A stretch of 64,000 nucleotides of DNA from Octopus vulgaris (lineage: Eukaryota), in assembly GCA_951406725.2 (NCBI GenBank), contig OX597816.1, positions 179,056,001 through 179,120,000 on the forward strand, in the 5' to 3' direction. Positions 26,121-40,270 of this stretch are shown here, piece by piece (the stretch's first letter is position 1; every line of letters begins with the position of its first letter). The notes beneath the pieces were generated by a model that was not told where the DNA came from, made no database searches, and saw only the letters and a program-made list of their open reading frames with translations. The position numbers were made by a program, and so were the translations under genes.

Positions 26121-27535
26121 CCATTATTTCAGATTAACAAGCCTGAAGTGGTCTGGGGGAAATTATGGATAATTACATGATTTTGAGGCAGACTTTGCTA
26201 CTGCTAATTATACAACTAAATTAATAGAACCTGTTGTCAACCAGGTAGACTGAAACAAGTATAGTGACGTATCCTCTAATGAACATGCATGCTTACTTGG
26301 ATGTGCATTCACAAACTAACTTAAAAATAACAGGAATTCAACTTTAGATTCTCACACTTATCTAATACTTTACTAACTCAACACACCAGCTTGGATATAG
26401 AAATGAGATGATATGGTAAATAATCCTCAGAATGTTAAGTAATATTTGATGGAAACATTCTCAACCAGAAATATTGCTACAAGATTTGCAAGTATGAGAG
26501 TATGATGTCTTAATGGATCGGGTGGCAGACAATCAGCTGAATGGCTGGCAGTTCATATTCTGTTGCCATCACCATGCTGTATCTGAGGTAAAGATACTAA
26601 AAAAAAAAGGCCCAGTCTACATAGTTGTATATAAATAAGCACCTCAGGATCAGAAGAACAACTCACCACTACCAGCAGAGGTAAGATTGTAAATCAGATA
26701 AATGGTTTGTTAGCTTGCAATACTGAGTTCAAATCCTTCCGTAGATCTGGAGTAGTTAAGTAATCACCTTCAAACTAGAGTTCACCTATTCTTGCCACAT
26801 CTTTGATTTTGATTCTGATTAAATGATGTGAGCAATATCTGATATGTAAATAATGCTTGACATTAAGCTAATCACACATGAACATGCACCACCAGGTGGA
26901 CACTTCTGCCATTAGGGATAACTACTAAAGGAAGGCTCAAATTTCAAGATATGAATTTTAAACTTATTTCAAACTTATGAAACAATATTTTATGAAACAG
27001 TATTTTAAGGAAACTTTGTCTTCTGATGATTGGCTATAAAATCCTCAAACACATTAACTTGCAGATAATATTAGGAGTTACTTAAGAAGTGATGAAATAA
27101 AGAAACTGTGACATGAGGCTCAGATTTATATTCCACATTCTATGGATAAAACTGGAAACGATACAATAGTAAATAAAAATAGTAATAATAATCCTTTCTA
27201 CTAAAGGAACAAGGCCTGAAATTTGAGATGGGGAGACTAATTGATTACATTGACCCCAGTATTTCACTGGTACTTAATTTATCAATTCCGAAAGGATGAA
27301 AGGCAAAGCCGATTTCGGAAGATTTTGATGATAATAATAAAGTCAAATGCATTATGAAGGGAGAGACAAAGATCAAGAGAAAAAGAGGGAAAGAGAAGTG
27401 TTAATGACATGAGGTAGGGGGGGGGGAATAGTTATGTGGCTAAAAAGTTAGTTGAGGGGAGAGATATAGAAAAAGAGAGTGCAAAATACAATGTTGAGCA
27501 GAGGAGTGATGTTCTGTGGTGAGTTGAAAGGCAGA

Positions 27536-27576
<41 letters not shown>

Positions 27577-30138
27577 AAAAGTAATGGCATTACTACCACC
27601 AATGTATTATGCTGTCATGTGGTTAGCAGAAGTGAGAAGTAAAGAGAAAAATGATAATGACATGAAGAGGGGAAGGACATGAGTAAAAGGTTTGTTGAAG
27701 TTAGAGACAGAGATAAATATAAAGTGTTTAGCAGAGAGAAAATTTAAACATCATGAGACATTATTGTGACCAACAAGAAAATAACATTTTAATCAATTTT
27801 TTTAATATCTTCTATCAGTCGATCTATTTATCTATCTATTCACACTGACAAATACTTTGATGGGTTGATGGTAGAAAGAAGGATAAATAACTTATCATAG
27901 ATAGAGATTTTCCAATGAAAGTAAAACAACTCAGCAAAATAGCTGCAGATGTTATTTTTCAATTTATTTGTTATTCGAACTTTGTATTGCCAAAAAAGTA
28001 GTTACAAACAAACAACTGAAATGAAATGAAATAAAAATATTCTTGGTTGGCAAAGTTTTGTTACTGAAAACTATAATGGTGCTGATGGTAGTGGTAATGA
28101 TGATGATGATGATGGTAGTGGTAATGATGATGATGATGATGGTGGTGACAGAAAGTTGAGAGTGAAAAGTGTATTTCTTTTTAAGCCTATCACTTAAAGC
28201 AACTGTTCCTCATCTGCTTGCTTGAAAATTGGTATTTGTTTACAGAATATGGATGAAAGACAAAGTAAGCTAACAAGAGAATGAATGAGACTATATAGAC
28301 AACAATGTAAAGAGCAGAGGGCCAAATCACTGGTCAAGCACAGTAGACGATAATATGAATGAAAGAGAATACAGTGAGTATTGACAACATGTAAAGAAAT
28401 GTGTTCAAGATAGAATAGAGAATGAAATTGAGAGAGTATGTCAAAAATACTGTAAACATGGTTGAAAGAGTCACAACATTGGTGACATGACTATTCTCTG
28501 TAATCATTGTGAAGCTCTTAGATTTATAAATGAACCTTTGAACAGCTGAGAGACTAGGAAAGTCAGGCTCTTTCAATTACAGCCTGATCCAGAAGAAATG
28601 AGGGTTTTTTTTTTTTTTTTTTAATGAAAATAATGTAGAATATACAATTTCAAAAGAAATACTAATTTTTATGGTTCTATATAAACTTCCAACCACCTAA
28701 AAGGGTTTCATATTTATCATAGAATTTCCACAGATACTGGTAGTAGTAATAATAATAATCCCTTTTACTATAGGTACAAGGCCTGAAATTTTGGGGGAGG
28801 GGATTAGTTGATTACATCAACACCACTGTTTCACTAGTATTTGATTTATCGACCCCGAAAGGATGAAGGGGCAAAGTCGACCTCAGAACATAGCTATGGG
28901 AAAAATTCCACTCAGCATTTCGTCCAGCGTGCTAATGATTCTGCCAGCTTGCCACCTTAATAATAACAGCAACAACAATGAGAAATAGCAGTGCCAGTGA
29001 AAATTCCAGTCATTTTGAAAATTGTATATTTTTCTGAAGCATTTCGTTCTTGAGGTAGGGTAAAAGTCCACATAAGTAGAAGTGTAGATGCAATTTTAAG
29101 AAATCACATCGTTGAAAGCTAAAACCTTATGTTGTCTGTGAGTTGCCATCTGTTATCATTCAGTTTATGTCAAGAAGTCAACAATGTTAACTATAGAACA
29201 AAATCAATACTGTACATTGGTAAAGTCTTAACAAATCTTAACATGGATATCTTAAAAAACAAGACTTAGCAGTCTACCTGTAGAGCTATTAATCTTGTAT
29301 ACTTGATATATCTGTTGACCTGTCTATCTGCTTGTCAACCTGTCTATCCATCCATCTACCAGTCAGAAAGTTAGTCTACTTTTCTTTCTGTTGATGTTTG
29401 CATTTGTCTACTCGGATCAAAATGGATAAGCATTTAAATCAAATAACAAAAAAACAACAACAACAACAACAACAACAGAATAATGGCAGTGCCACAGCCT
29501 TTGAACTGAAACATAAAGAAGTAACATCCAAAGTTATTTGCTAATTAAAGTTATTTAATTATCAATATATCTAGTCATTCATCTTTCTCTCTCTTTGCCA
29601 CAATCTCTTGTGTTAAACATTCTTTTCCTCTGTACTTCTTCCTTCAAATAACTATTGAACCACACAACCTAACAGCAGTCTCTCTCTCCAAGCTCTCACC
29701 ACTAACGCTCTTCTCTCTTTTCGCCTCTCCTTTCAACTAGTCCTGCAACAGCATATTAACATATAGAAATAATAATAATAATAATAATAATCATAACCAC
29801 AAAAACACAAAGCCAATAATTTGTATACATAGATGCAAAGTCACAAATTTATGGAAAATGGAGAAATGGGAAAACTGTGATATTACCAAGAGAAGTTGTC
29901 ATGCGAGTGATTCCAACTTAAATGCTACCATTACCATCATCATCACTGACACCATGGTCAATAGTGAAGCATTCTAAACTCAAGGCAATTGCCACAATAA
30001 CAAGCTTATTTAACAAAATTTAAAAACAACAACATCAAGACAAACAACAAAATACAGAGAGAGGCAAATAAGAAAAAAAGAATGAAAAGAATATAGCAAA
30101 AAAAGGGGGGGTAGAGAGAGAGGGGGGGTTAAACTCAC

Positions 30139-30220
30139 CTTTCCAGTCTTTACCAATACAAACAACAAAATGATTGATGGACAACATTGCAGCATGAAGG
30201 GACATCAAACATATGTAGAG
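30139..30220 (-). CDS. ZDHHC3: ZDHHC3/7-like exon 5 (LYICLMSLHAAMLSINHFVVCIGKDWK)
   Basis: Acceptor ctctctttcag|CTC and donor G|gtgagt; 82 nt; TM3; phases 0 and 1 fit the neighbouring exons. Confidence 0.93.
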
Positions 30221-30269
30221 CTGAAAGAGAGACAGGGTACAGAAAATTTAGCTTATTTGAGCCAGGCAT

Positions 30270-30927
30270 ATTGTAGATGTCAGAGACAAATATCAGGAGA
30301 GATACCAGTTATATATGTAGAGATGTGACAGAGACAGATATCAATCATATGTACTACAGATGTAACCGAGACAGGTATCAGTCACATGTAGAGATGTGAC
30401 AGGTATTAATCACATGTACAGATGTAACCGAGACAGAAATTAATCACAAGTAGAGATGTAACATAGATAGACATCAGTCAAATGTACAGATGTAACAGAG
30501 ACAGAAATCAGTCACAAGTAGAGATGTAACAGGGATAGATATCAGTCACAAGTAGAGATGTAACAGGGATAGATATCAGTCACAAGTAGAGATGTAACAG
30601 GGACAGATAGTCACAAGTAGAGATGTAACAGGGACAGATATCAGTTACATACATAGAGATGTAATAAAGGCAGTTATCAATTATATGTAGAGATGTAACA
30701 AAGACATATTAGTCACATGCATAGGGATGTAACAGACAAATATTGGTCAGTAAGGCTGTATGTAACAGAGATAGAAATCAGTCACAAGTAGAGATTAAAC
30801 AGAGACAAGTCAATCACATATATAGAGATGTAATAGAGACAGATATCAGTCTTGTAGAAATGTCTGTCTACATATGAGTGACATCTGCAACTGCTACACA
30901 TCAGATACATATAGAGATGTAACAGAC
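30270..30927. repeat. ~32-bp minisatellite (consensus ~ agagatgtaacagagacagatatcagtcacaagt), roughly 18-20 diverged copies
   Basis: Directly visible; near-identical units at 30500-30640. Confidence 0.95.
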
Positions 30928-32028
30928 AATGCAGTCAAGTTAGTTAATCTGAGCAATTCTAATCACAGTTGTTCTGGAGACTCAATAAACTGTGGGACTT
31001 GAAAAACATGCTACACTTTTGGTCTGATTTAATGTGTTATGTTCAGGATTTAAAAAAAACAAAAAAACTAACGCACAGATTAAAGTTAAAATGCTACTTG
31101 GAAATTAGCTACAATAACACTTAAGGTACAAAATATACAATATTATACAATACAAATATTATTCCACAAGGAAATGACAATTATTAATATTGCTGGCCTG
31201 TTTTGAATGTCCACACTATCATATATCCAGGAAAGGACATCCAAGTGAATAGAATATACACAAATAATCACCAATAACAGTCCAGTTAACGCTCAATATA
31301 CATTCACTAATGATGAATCAAACCTCTTCTGATAATAGATCAATGTTCTCCTCATTTCAAGTGTTCCCTCTTGTTCTCCCCATCCGCTGCCCTTTTTAAA
31401 GGCTATTTTTTCCCCTTTTTCTTTTCTCATGGCATGGACTATCTGATTTTTTTTGGGGTCTTTTTTTCTTTTTCTTTTTGTTTTAAAAAGGACTTCGTTT
31501 TTATATTTCCTTTTCTTTCTTTTTGAATGCACGGAACAACATTCGCATCACACAAATGTTAAATTGAAATTTTTTTTGCGTTTGTAACAAATGTTTCTAA
31601 TTTAATCTATTGTGTTAATATCACAACACATTAGGAATTAGTGCAACGAAACAGCTGTAGAAGGTTATGTGTAATAGAGGCACAGCAAGGAAGATCACAT
31701 AGGACACACAAAATCCAATGCTAGACACCTGTCTATCTAAACCAGCTCTAGGTAAGATATGTGCTTATCTAATTCATATGGGAAAACCTGAAAATGTAAT
31801 GATGATGATAAAGAAGACTGTAGTCTGTCTTACTAGTGTGAAAATAGACATGTTTTTTCATATACCTGTGTTTGTGTGTATACTGTATGCATATGCTACC
31901 ATGTGTGATAGCCACACATACATGTGTAGTATGTGCCAGATTGTTGAAATTCTCTTCCCCACCTTCATATACCCATACAATCCCCACTCACCAAGGTAGA
32001 GAAGAACAGTTCACCTCTCATTACTTAC

Positions 32029-32125
32029 AGTAAATAACACAAAGAACTTTTGGTTGCTCTCTCCAACACAATTGTTTACCCAGGGACAATGATGGTCCAT
32101 CTTTCGTATACATCGTTGACAAACA
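32029..32125 (-). CDS. ZDHHC3: ZDHHC3/7-like exon 4 with catalytic DHHC ([32 protein letters not shown])
   Basis: Acceptor tatttcag|T and donor ACT|gtaagt; 97 nt; canonical [12 protein letters not shown]. Confidence 0.98.
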
Positions 32126-32334
32126 CTGAAATAATTGACAGAGAAACGTTTTAGGCAGGAATTAACACACCTGTGCACTCACTATATTAACAAGCACACA
32201 CAGGTGTTAGATTAAAAAACTCTTTAAGGCATTAAATTTCTAAACTAAATAAAATTTTCAGTTCAGAAATATACAATGAATTTTACCTTATATCAACATA
32301 GAGAGAGAGTGGGGATTGGGGGGAGAAGAGATAT

Positions 32335-32449
<115 letters not shown>

Positions 32450-32766
32450 TAGATAGATATACATTGAAAGGAAAAGAAAAAGTTATAAATGTAGTTATGC
32501 AGAAATGCCTCCCTACAAATATATGAAGTTTTCAACATATTCTTCCAAATTACTGAATATATGTGCACTTTGATTTTAATATTCTATTTTTTGCTTCACA
32601 GCTCAACTTAGCTTGATAACACTTTCCACAGTCATACATACAGACTGAGAGATAGGCAGGTAGGAGTAAATAACATGTAACATCTGCAGATAAACGAAAG
32701 AATGTAAAAGAAGACAAGAGTTAATTGTGGAGGGTGATGGCAGCAAACCTTTAAAATCAGTCTTAC

Positions 32767-32891
32767 CTACAATGATGGGCTCGATCTGGTTTAATGCTTA
32801 GACATTTTGGACATTGGAAAACCACTTCTCCTTTTTTCAAACCTAATTTCATTAAATTCTCTCTGGTGGCGTTCCCTCGTGGTACAGCACC
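32767..32891 (-). CDS. ZDHHC3: ZDHHC3/7-like exon 3 ([42 protein letters not shown])
   Basis: Acceptor tgtctttag|GGT and donor AG|gtaaga; 125 nt. Completes the DPG motif across the junction and starts the Cys-rich domain (CPKC...KPDRAHHC). Confidence 0.97.
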
Positions 32892-35800
32892 CTAAAGACA
32901 ACAAATCGATATACAAATTTTTTAAAGGTTTTTTTTTTTCTCTTTCCACCCCTACTTTCACTATATTCAAAGTTTAATCAGAAGAAGAAGGCAGAATCCA
33001 TGACCTTTAGCAGACCTTCAGAGACTTGAGAAATGGAGTGAAATTATGACTCAGAGATTATCTTTAGATCAAAGATCTAATCTGAATGTTTGCAGCAGAT
33101 TAGACTCATGTAAAAGTACCCAAAGGACAGGTGGTGATGCTAAACCCAGGTGACAGATTAAATCATTTTTCAGTTACTTACAGTTTGAAGGAGGGGCAAT
33201 ACCCATGACTTTCCATGTTCTTCTAGACTAGCGAGATTGATGTCATTAATGCTCTAGTGGAATATTTGCAGGAAAGACATGAGCAGAGAGGGAATTCCAG
33301 AGGGCCAATGTTCTGGGAAGAAGGGACCAGGTATAGTAATTTATGTAGGGTCCTGGAAACACACAGACCCACAACAAGGGTGATGAGTGAAAGAGAGGAA
33401 GTGGGCCAATACTTCCTAAGCAGAGGTGGTCTGAGCCCAGCTAGCTCCAAGGAGAAGAGGCTGTTATACTATCCAAGACTAAGCAAAGTCCATCCAAGTA
33501 GCTTTCACAAAGTTTCATCTCAAAACAATGTTACAAGGGGTTAGATCAAGCTGATGTTATTGAAAAGACACCAGCCCTTGGAACTAAGCCTGTGCAAAAG
33601 TGAAGTAAACTTCCTAACGACATAGCCATTCACATCTGCACCTATGTCAGTGCAAGCATGAGTTTTTTCTTTCGTGATCGTATTTCTAATGAAAAACATT
33701 GTCTTTGATTTTTAATTAATTTTGAAAACAAGCAAGAATTTGATGGGATTCAGTAAAATGACTGATTTTGTAATTTGGTATTTGGGACATAACAAAACAA
33801 GCATTACATATAAATATCATCGTCCTTTAACATCTGTTTTCCATGCTGGCAGGAGTTGGACAGTTTGACCAGAGCTGACAAACAGGTGAGCTGTACCAGG
33901 TTCCAGCCTGATTTGGCTTGGTTTCTATGGCAGAATGCCCTTCCTAATGCCGACCACTTTACAATGTCTGCTGGATGCTTTTAACATGACACTCATACAA
34001 GCACTTTTACATGGTGCTGACATGAGTGTTCTTTACGTGGCACCGGCATGGAGCTCTTGCAGCCCAATCCTCATCATCAGGAGAAATGGCATTAACACTA
34101 AGGTTTTAATTTAAATATGAAAACATTAAAACACTATGATTTGTATTCTAGGAAAGGGAACAGTTTTTGCGAAATGGGTTAAAGAGTAGCGTCACAAGGG
34201 AATGTGGTCAAAAATCTGGTTCACTCACTCAAGAAATTATGCGATGATAAAGTCTTAATGCTTCATAGAATTATTCACACGTATATACATTCCAGCATAA
34301 ATATATGCAACGAAGAATCCTCATTAGTTAATTTAAAAACAACTGAAGGTCGTAGAATAAGAAGATTCCAATGTTATGCTAGGAAGCAGTAATCAAGTTA
34401 TCAAGATAAATCTTCAGTTGAAAGCAGATTATTTTCTTCATACAGTTAATATAACACCTTTAGAAATTTTCTTCTTCTTTGTATAACTTGGATATTATGA
34501 GGTATTTTCAACAGGTTAATAATACAACTCAATATGGCGCTTCCTAAAAATTCTATAATTGCTTATTTCATTTTGTACAGTCTATCAGAACAAATTTCAC
34601 ATACACAATATATGATTCTAAACAGCACATTACAAAGTTCTTTCATACATTAACATAGAAATAAATTACATACCTAAGAATTTTATTTATTATCCTTAAT
34701 AGCATTTCTATAAAATTTCTGCATAAAAATTGATAGAGAAATTTTATGAATTAATATTTTTATACAGAACAGTTATCTTTGTTACATACTTCTCAGTAAT
34801 TTGTATGAGTTGCCATCCTAATTGAGTTTGTATAACAATATTTTTATGCATCCAACTTCTCTGCCCACCATTCCTGGAAGGGTCATTGGGGGTGGAGTCC
34901 TCAGGCACCTCCTCCATAGGGTCCTATCAGAAGCAACTGTCATTCCACTTTCTGGCCGCATTCCCAAGAGTGATCAATTGAGACCATGGATATTACCCAA
35001 CCATCTTGTTCTAGGTCTACCCATAAATTCCATACCTGTTAGTTCAGCTTGAAGAATTTAATACAAACCCTTAGATAATATTTTAGTTCTCAATTTGTAT
35101 CTCTTTTCCATATGGTGACCATCCTTCCTGGCAACTGGAATGGTCTCTACTCCAAAACTTCAGTTGATCTATAATTTCTCAATAGATTATATTCTTTCTA
35201 CTGTATAGCTTCATTTTTCTTCCTGTTACTTCAGTCAATTCTACTGGAGATAGAATATATACTTTACCTCCCTATTGTGCAGACATCCTTAATGTCTGCA
35301 CAACAGATGAATAAAGGGTGGCTGACTATGTGATATATATTTTGATTATAGTTATAACTGGATGAATTAAAAGACATTCTAACTGTAGCTAAACAAGATG
35401 AATAATTTGTTTTGAATGGTTTAACTTGAAGTGGAAAAGCTATAAATGTTTTAATACTGGGTTTAAAAAATCCTTTAGATAAAAAAAGTTGTCTGCAGAA
35501 CATCAATCCATATCTCCTGTAAATACAACAGACATTCTACAACAGGCAACCTTTGACCACTTCAACCCATGGCATTAGGGAGGGCATCCAGCTGTAAAAT
35601 CCATGTCAAAACAAACCTCAATGGTGCCATATAAAAAGCACTCAGTCCCTTCTGTAAGGTGGTTGGTGTTATGAAGAGTATTCAACTGTAAAAATCATGC
35701 CCAAACAGACAGTGAAATCTGGTAGAGTTTTCTGGCTTGCCAACTCCTGTCAAACCATCCAATCCATGCCAGCATGGAAAACGGATGATAATAGTTATAA

Positions 35801-36659
35801 CTTTTCTACTTCAAGTTCAATTGTGAAAAACAAATTATCTGACATTCTCTTGAAGTTTCTAAATTCTTATGATGTCCACAAGATGAAGGATGTTTAGACA
35901 AATGAGTAAAGAAGACAGAGAGGAATCTTGGAGTCAGAAAAGTCCCTTGTTCAACAAGGGTCCTCTGATTTGGTTGAGACAGTCTACACTTCTCCTTTGC
36001 AACATCTATTTTTTCTTGATGTCATAAGAATTTTATGAACTTTTGAGAGAACCTGAAATAAATAATTTTTTGTTTTGGGAATAATATATCTCGAAGCACA
36101 TACATGAAGCTATAAATAATACAAGCAAATCTAAATACTGTGTCTTCAAGGCTGTGACATTTTTCATACACCTTGATATTATTTTATGTTGCAGAAAATA
36201 TTTGAATATTCTTCAGCTTGATTATTTGTCTTCTGTCTTTTTCCAATTATGAGGAACACTTCATTATTATCTGGGTGTTCCAAGAAAATACTGAATCTGC
36301 AAAATCTTATTAAGAAGCAACATTGCTATGCTCCATGCCAAAGTGCAAAATAGAAAATACACACACACACACAGATACTTATAAACTTCTGTGCATGTAT
36401 GTATGTTTGTGACATATTTTAACTTCCCAGTATTTCCCTCCAGTGGCTTTTCAGATGTGCATTTCTGGCTCTTTAGTGAGAGTGTGGATGGTGGTGTGTG
36501 TGTGTGTGTGGAGTGGAAAGGAATGTGTGTGCATGCGAGTACAGGTATATGTATATGCTGCAAGGGCATAATGTATGTGGTGTGGGTATTGAGTATAACA
36601 GTGTAAAGAAGGTGTGTAGGGAGTAGAGAAAGGGAGGGACAGATGTGTGGTGGTGGGTT

Positions 36660-37588
36660 TAGATCAAGTGAGGAGACAAATTGAGACCATAAGGGACAGA
36701 GGGATGGAGAGAGGAAATAATTCCTGCTCTCAATGGAGGTGGGAATCTAGGTGGCCTCTGTGCAATGTCTGTCCAAACACAGACAGATGTTGCAACAAAT
36801 GACTGATTGAAAGAAGTGGCATAAGGCCGAGGCGCCACTGCTGAGTCGGATGTCCCAGAGATGTTTGGGAAAATGGTGAGAAAATCACCAATATAGAATT
36901 ATAGAGAGCAGAGGATTCAGTAGATTGCAATGTTGGAAGTGCAGTGATGTGGAAGGGGAGGTGGTGGGTACCGATGAGGATGGTGGTGTTGGAAAGGTAG
37001 GGGCAGGGAGACAGGTTGGGTGCCAGGATTGGGGACGAAACTACAGACCTGAAAGTCATGTAGGAAGTCAAGGGAAAAGATTGGAGTTGGTAGAGAGCGC
37101 AAAGGACGGTGTGATGGAGGGGCAGGGTGGAGGGGTTGTAGTTGAGGGAGAAAGGGTAAAGGGTGGGACCAGGAGAAAGAGGGGATGCATGGTTAACAGA
37201 TAAGGTACAGGAAAGTGTGGTTTGGATAATGGTGGTGGTGGGGGGGGATGTTCCACATTGGGTAAAGTGGTGAGCCATGAGTTGGGACTGTGTCTTGAAG
37301 TCCTCATCAGCACAACAGAACTGGCTGAGATGGAGGAACTGAGAATAAGTGATAGACAGTTTGGTGTGGGTGGAGTGAGAAGATGAGGTAAGAGTATGAG
37401 TGTGTGGACGGAGGAAGTAAGAGGGGAGTGGTGGATGGTAACAGAAATGTGAAGAAAGTTGAGAGAGGTGTTGGAGACAGAACAGGAGAATTCAAGGACA
37501 AGATGGACGGACTAGATGAAAGAGAGGAAGGAGTCAAGGTGTTTGTGAAGAGTAAGGGTGTGCTGATACAGTCATCAATGTAACACAT
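36660..37588 (-). mobile_element. Degenerate Penelope-like element (RT and GIY-YIG C-terminal remnants)
   Basis: Minus strand has a YIDD RT motif (~37580) and C-terminal remnants HLSVFGQTLHRG...EQEL...PYGLN (~36800-36680); frameshifted. Confidence 0.6.
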
Positions 37589-37607
37589 ACATATCTATAT
37601 ATCTATC

Positions 37608-37659
<52 letters not shown>

Positions 37660-37774
37660 CTTGGAAGAGGATGTGTGGCATTCAATCATATAATAATATA
37701 AATAATATATATATATATATATATATATGCATATATACATATGTATATGTACATACTTACATCTATACGTATAT

Positions 37775-38115
37775 ATATATGCACATGTGGGCGCAGGATG
37801 TCATGAAACATGTACAACAAAAAAGTACAAAGCACAAGTACATGGAACAACGAAAGACACAAATGGAAAACAAAAGAAACAACATAAAGTGTGACCCTTC
37901 AGCAGTTGTTGGCTGCTTTCTAGTCTCATATTTCAAGCATTGTTGTTAAATGCTTGAAATATGAGACTAGAAAGCAGCCAACAACTGCTGAAGGGTCACA
38001 CTTTATGTTGTTTCTTTTGTTTTCCATTTGTGTCTTTCGTTGTTCCATGTACTTGTGCTTTGTACTTTTTTGTTGTACATGTTTCATGACGTCCTGTGCC
38101 CACATGTGCATATAT
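37775..38115. repeat. Near-perfect inverted repeat: 167-bp arms, 7-nt loop
   Basis: 37775-37941 pairs with 37949-38115; loop gttgtta; I find only two substitutions. Confidence 0.98.
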
Positions 38116-38116
38116 G

Positions 38117-38337
38117 TGAGCTGGCAGAAACGTTAACACACCGGGCGAAATTCGTAGCCGTATTTCGTCTGTCGTTAAGTTTCGAGTTCAAATTCCGCCG
38201 AGGTTGACTTTGCCTTTCATCCTTTCGGGGTCGATAAATTAAGTACCAGTTACGCACTGGGGTCGATGTAATCAACTTAATCCCTTTGTCTGTCCTTGTT
38301 TGTCCCCTCTGTGTTTAGCCCCTTGTGGGTAGTAAAG

Positions 38338-38340
<3 letters not shown>
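38117..38340 (+). mobile_element. SINE, relatively young copy
   Basis: gagctggcagaaacgtta...gagttcaaattccgccgagg...gcctttcatcctttcggggtcgataaattaagtaccag with CpGs retained; an inverted copy lies at 61395-61620. Confidence 0.85.
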
Positions 38341-38381
<41 letters not shown>

Positions 38382-38900
38382 GTATAGATGTATGTACATA
38401 TACGTATGTATATATGCATATTATTTATATTATATATATATTGTGTGTGTTATGTATATATGTGTGTGTGTATATATAGGTGTGTCTATATGCATATATG
38501 TATGTATACACACACACACGTATGCATATATATACAGCAGGGTATGCATACACATACATTTCTTTATATGAACAAATTGAATAACAAACAGTTTTATTGA
38601 TGAAAATTAAACTTGCAGTATGAGCAGAAGTTAAATCAAAGAACAGACAATGCATTTGTATGAGATACTGGGAGATTATTTGCTTGGCACACTGAAGCTT
38701 GAACTAAAAACCATGGGTTGGCTATGCACACATGAAACTGCTGGTAGAGCAGATACGAACACTAAGCTAAAATGAACAAATTGTACAGTAAACAGTTTCT
38801 CTGAAAAAAATTACATTCGGCCTGAAATTTGAATAACAAACCATGAGTATACTATACTTCCATGTAAGTGGCTGAGTACAAGTGATTCATTAACGACCAT

Positions 38901-39060
38901 AGGCAGGAGTGGCTGTGTGGTAAGTAGCTTGCTAACCAACCACATGGTTCCGGGTTCAGTCCCACTGCGTGGCATCTTGGACAAGTGTCTTCTGCTATAG
39001 CCTCGGGCCGACCAAAGCCTTGTGAGTGGATTTGGTAGACGGAAACTGAAAGAAGCCCGT

Positions 39061-39102
<42 letters not shown>

Positions 39103-39308
39103 CGTGTTTGTGTATCTGTGTTTGTCCCCCCTAGCATTGCTTGACAACCGATGCTGGTGTGTTTATGTCCCCTGTTACTTAGCAGTTCGGCAAAAGAGAC
39201 CGATAGAACAAGTACTGGACTTACAAAAGAATAAGTCCCGGGGTCGAGTTGCTCGATTAAAGGCGGTGATCCAGCATGGCCGCAGTCAAATGACTGAAAC
39301 AAGTAAAA
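38901..39308 (+). mobile_element. tRNA-derived SINE, near full length
   Basis: Pol III A box TGGCTGTGTGG, B box GGTTCAGTCCC, internal (TA)/(TG) microsatellite, 3' ccagcatggccgcagtcaaatgactgaaacaag. Confidence 0.9.
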
Positions 39309-39849
39309 TAGTAAATAGTAATATAAGTAATTCATATTGCTTGCAATTTTCATATTTTATGTAGAAAATAATATTTTCTGTATTTTTTGCTAAATACATT
39401 ACCATTGGTTGACAGAAGCAAGACAATGAGACAACCACGTGCACGCACGCACGCACACACACACATCTCTATTTCTGTATTTTCTATTGATGGATGAAGA
39501 AATAAAACCTCACTTTATGTGTTCATGTTGTGTGGCCCGGGACATGTAACCCCTATTTATAAATATTTCAATCACTCATGTGTGACAGATAATTTGGTTC
39601 AGATTATGTTTGTATGCAGAGATCTCACTGTCTATATATGTATTTACTGATATATATATATGTGTGTGTGTATATATATATATATACATATATGCTAGCA
39701 TGGAAAACGGATGCTAAACGATGATGATGATGATATATATATGTATATATGTGTGTGTGTGTATATATATATATATATGTATATATATGTATATGTATAT
39801 ATATATGTATATATATATGTATATGTAGATATATGTATGTATATGTAGA

Positions 39850-39916
<67 letters not shown>

Positions 39917-39918
<2 letters not shown>

Positions 39919-40270
39919 CATCATCATCGTTTAACGTCCGTTTTCTGCGCTAGCACGGGTTGGACGGTTCGACTGGGGTATGGGAAGCCAGGGTCTGCAC
40001 CAAGTTCCAGTCTGATCTGGCAGAGTTTCTACAGCTGGATGCCCTTCCTAACGCCAACCACTCCGTGAGTGTAGTGGCTGCTTTTTACGTGCCACCTGCA
40101 CAGGTGCCAGGGGAGTCCGGCATCGGCCACGAACGGTTGGTGCTTTTAACGTGCCACCGGCACGGAAGCCAACCAAGGCAGCGCTGGCATCAGCCACGTT
40201 CGGATGGTGCTTTTTATGTGCCGCCGGCACAGGTATCACAACTACTATTTCCATTGATATTTATTTCGAT
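39917..40270 (-). mobile_element. RTE-tail retroposon ((CAT)n cgtttaacgtccg...)
   Basis: Same family as 42770-43322 and, inverted, 57850-58323. Confidence 0.8.

Noticed and set aside
30270-30927. CRISPR-like regular ~32-bp periodicity
   Set aside because: Head-to-tail units without unique spacers, no cas genes, and a eukaryotic intron context: this is a minisatellite.
37671-38136. Near-identical ORFs on both strands ([15 protein letters not shown]...)
   Set aside because: A trivial consequence of the palindrome; no domain similarity.
38905-38975. tRNA gene-like A/B boxes
   Set aside because: This is the head of a multi-copy SINE continuing into the SINE body; there is no complete cloverleaf.
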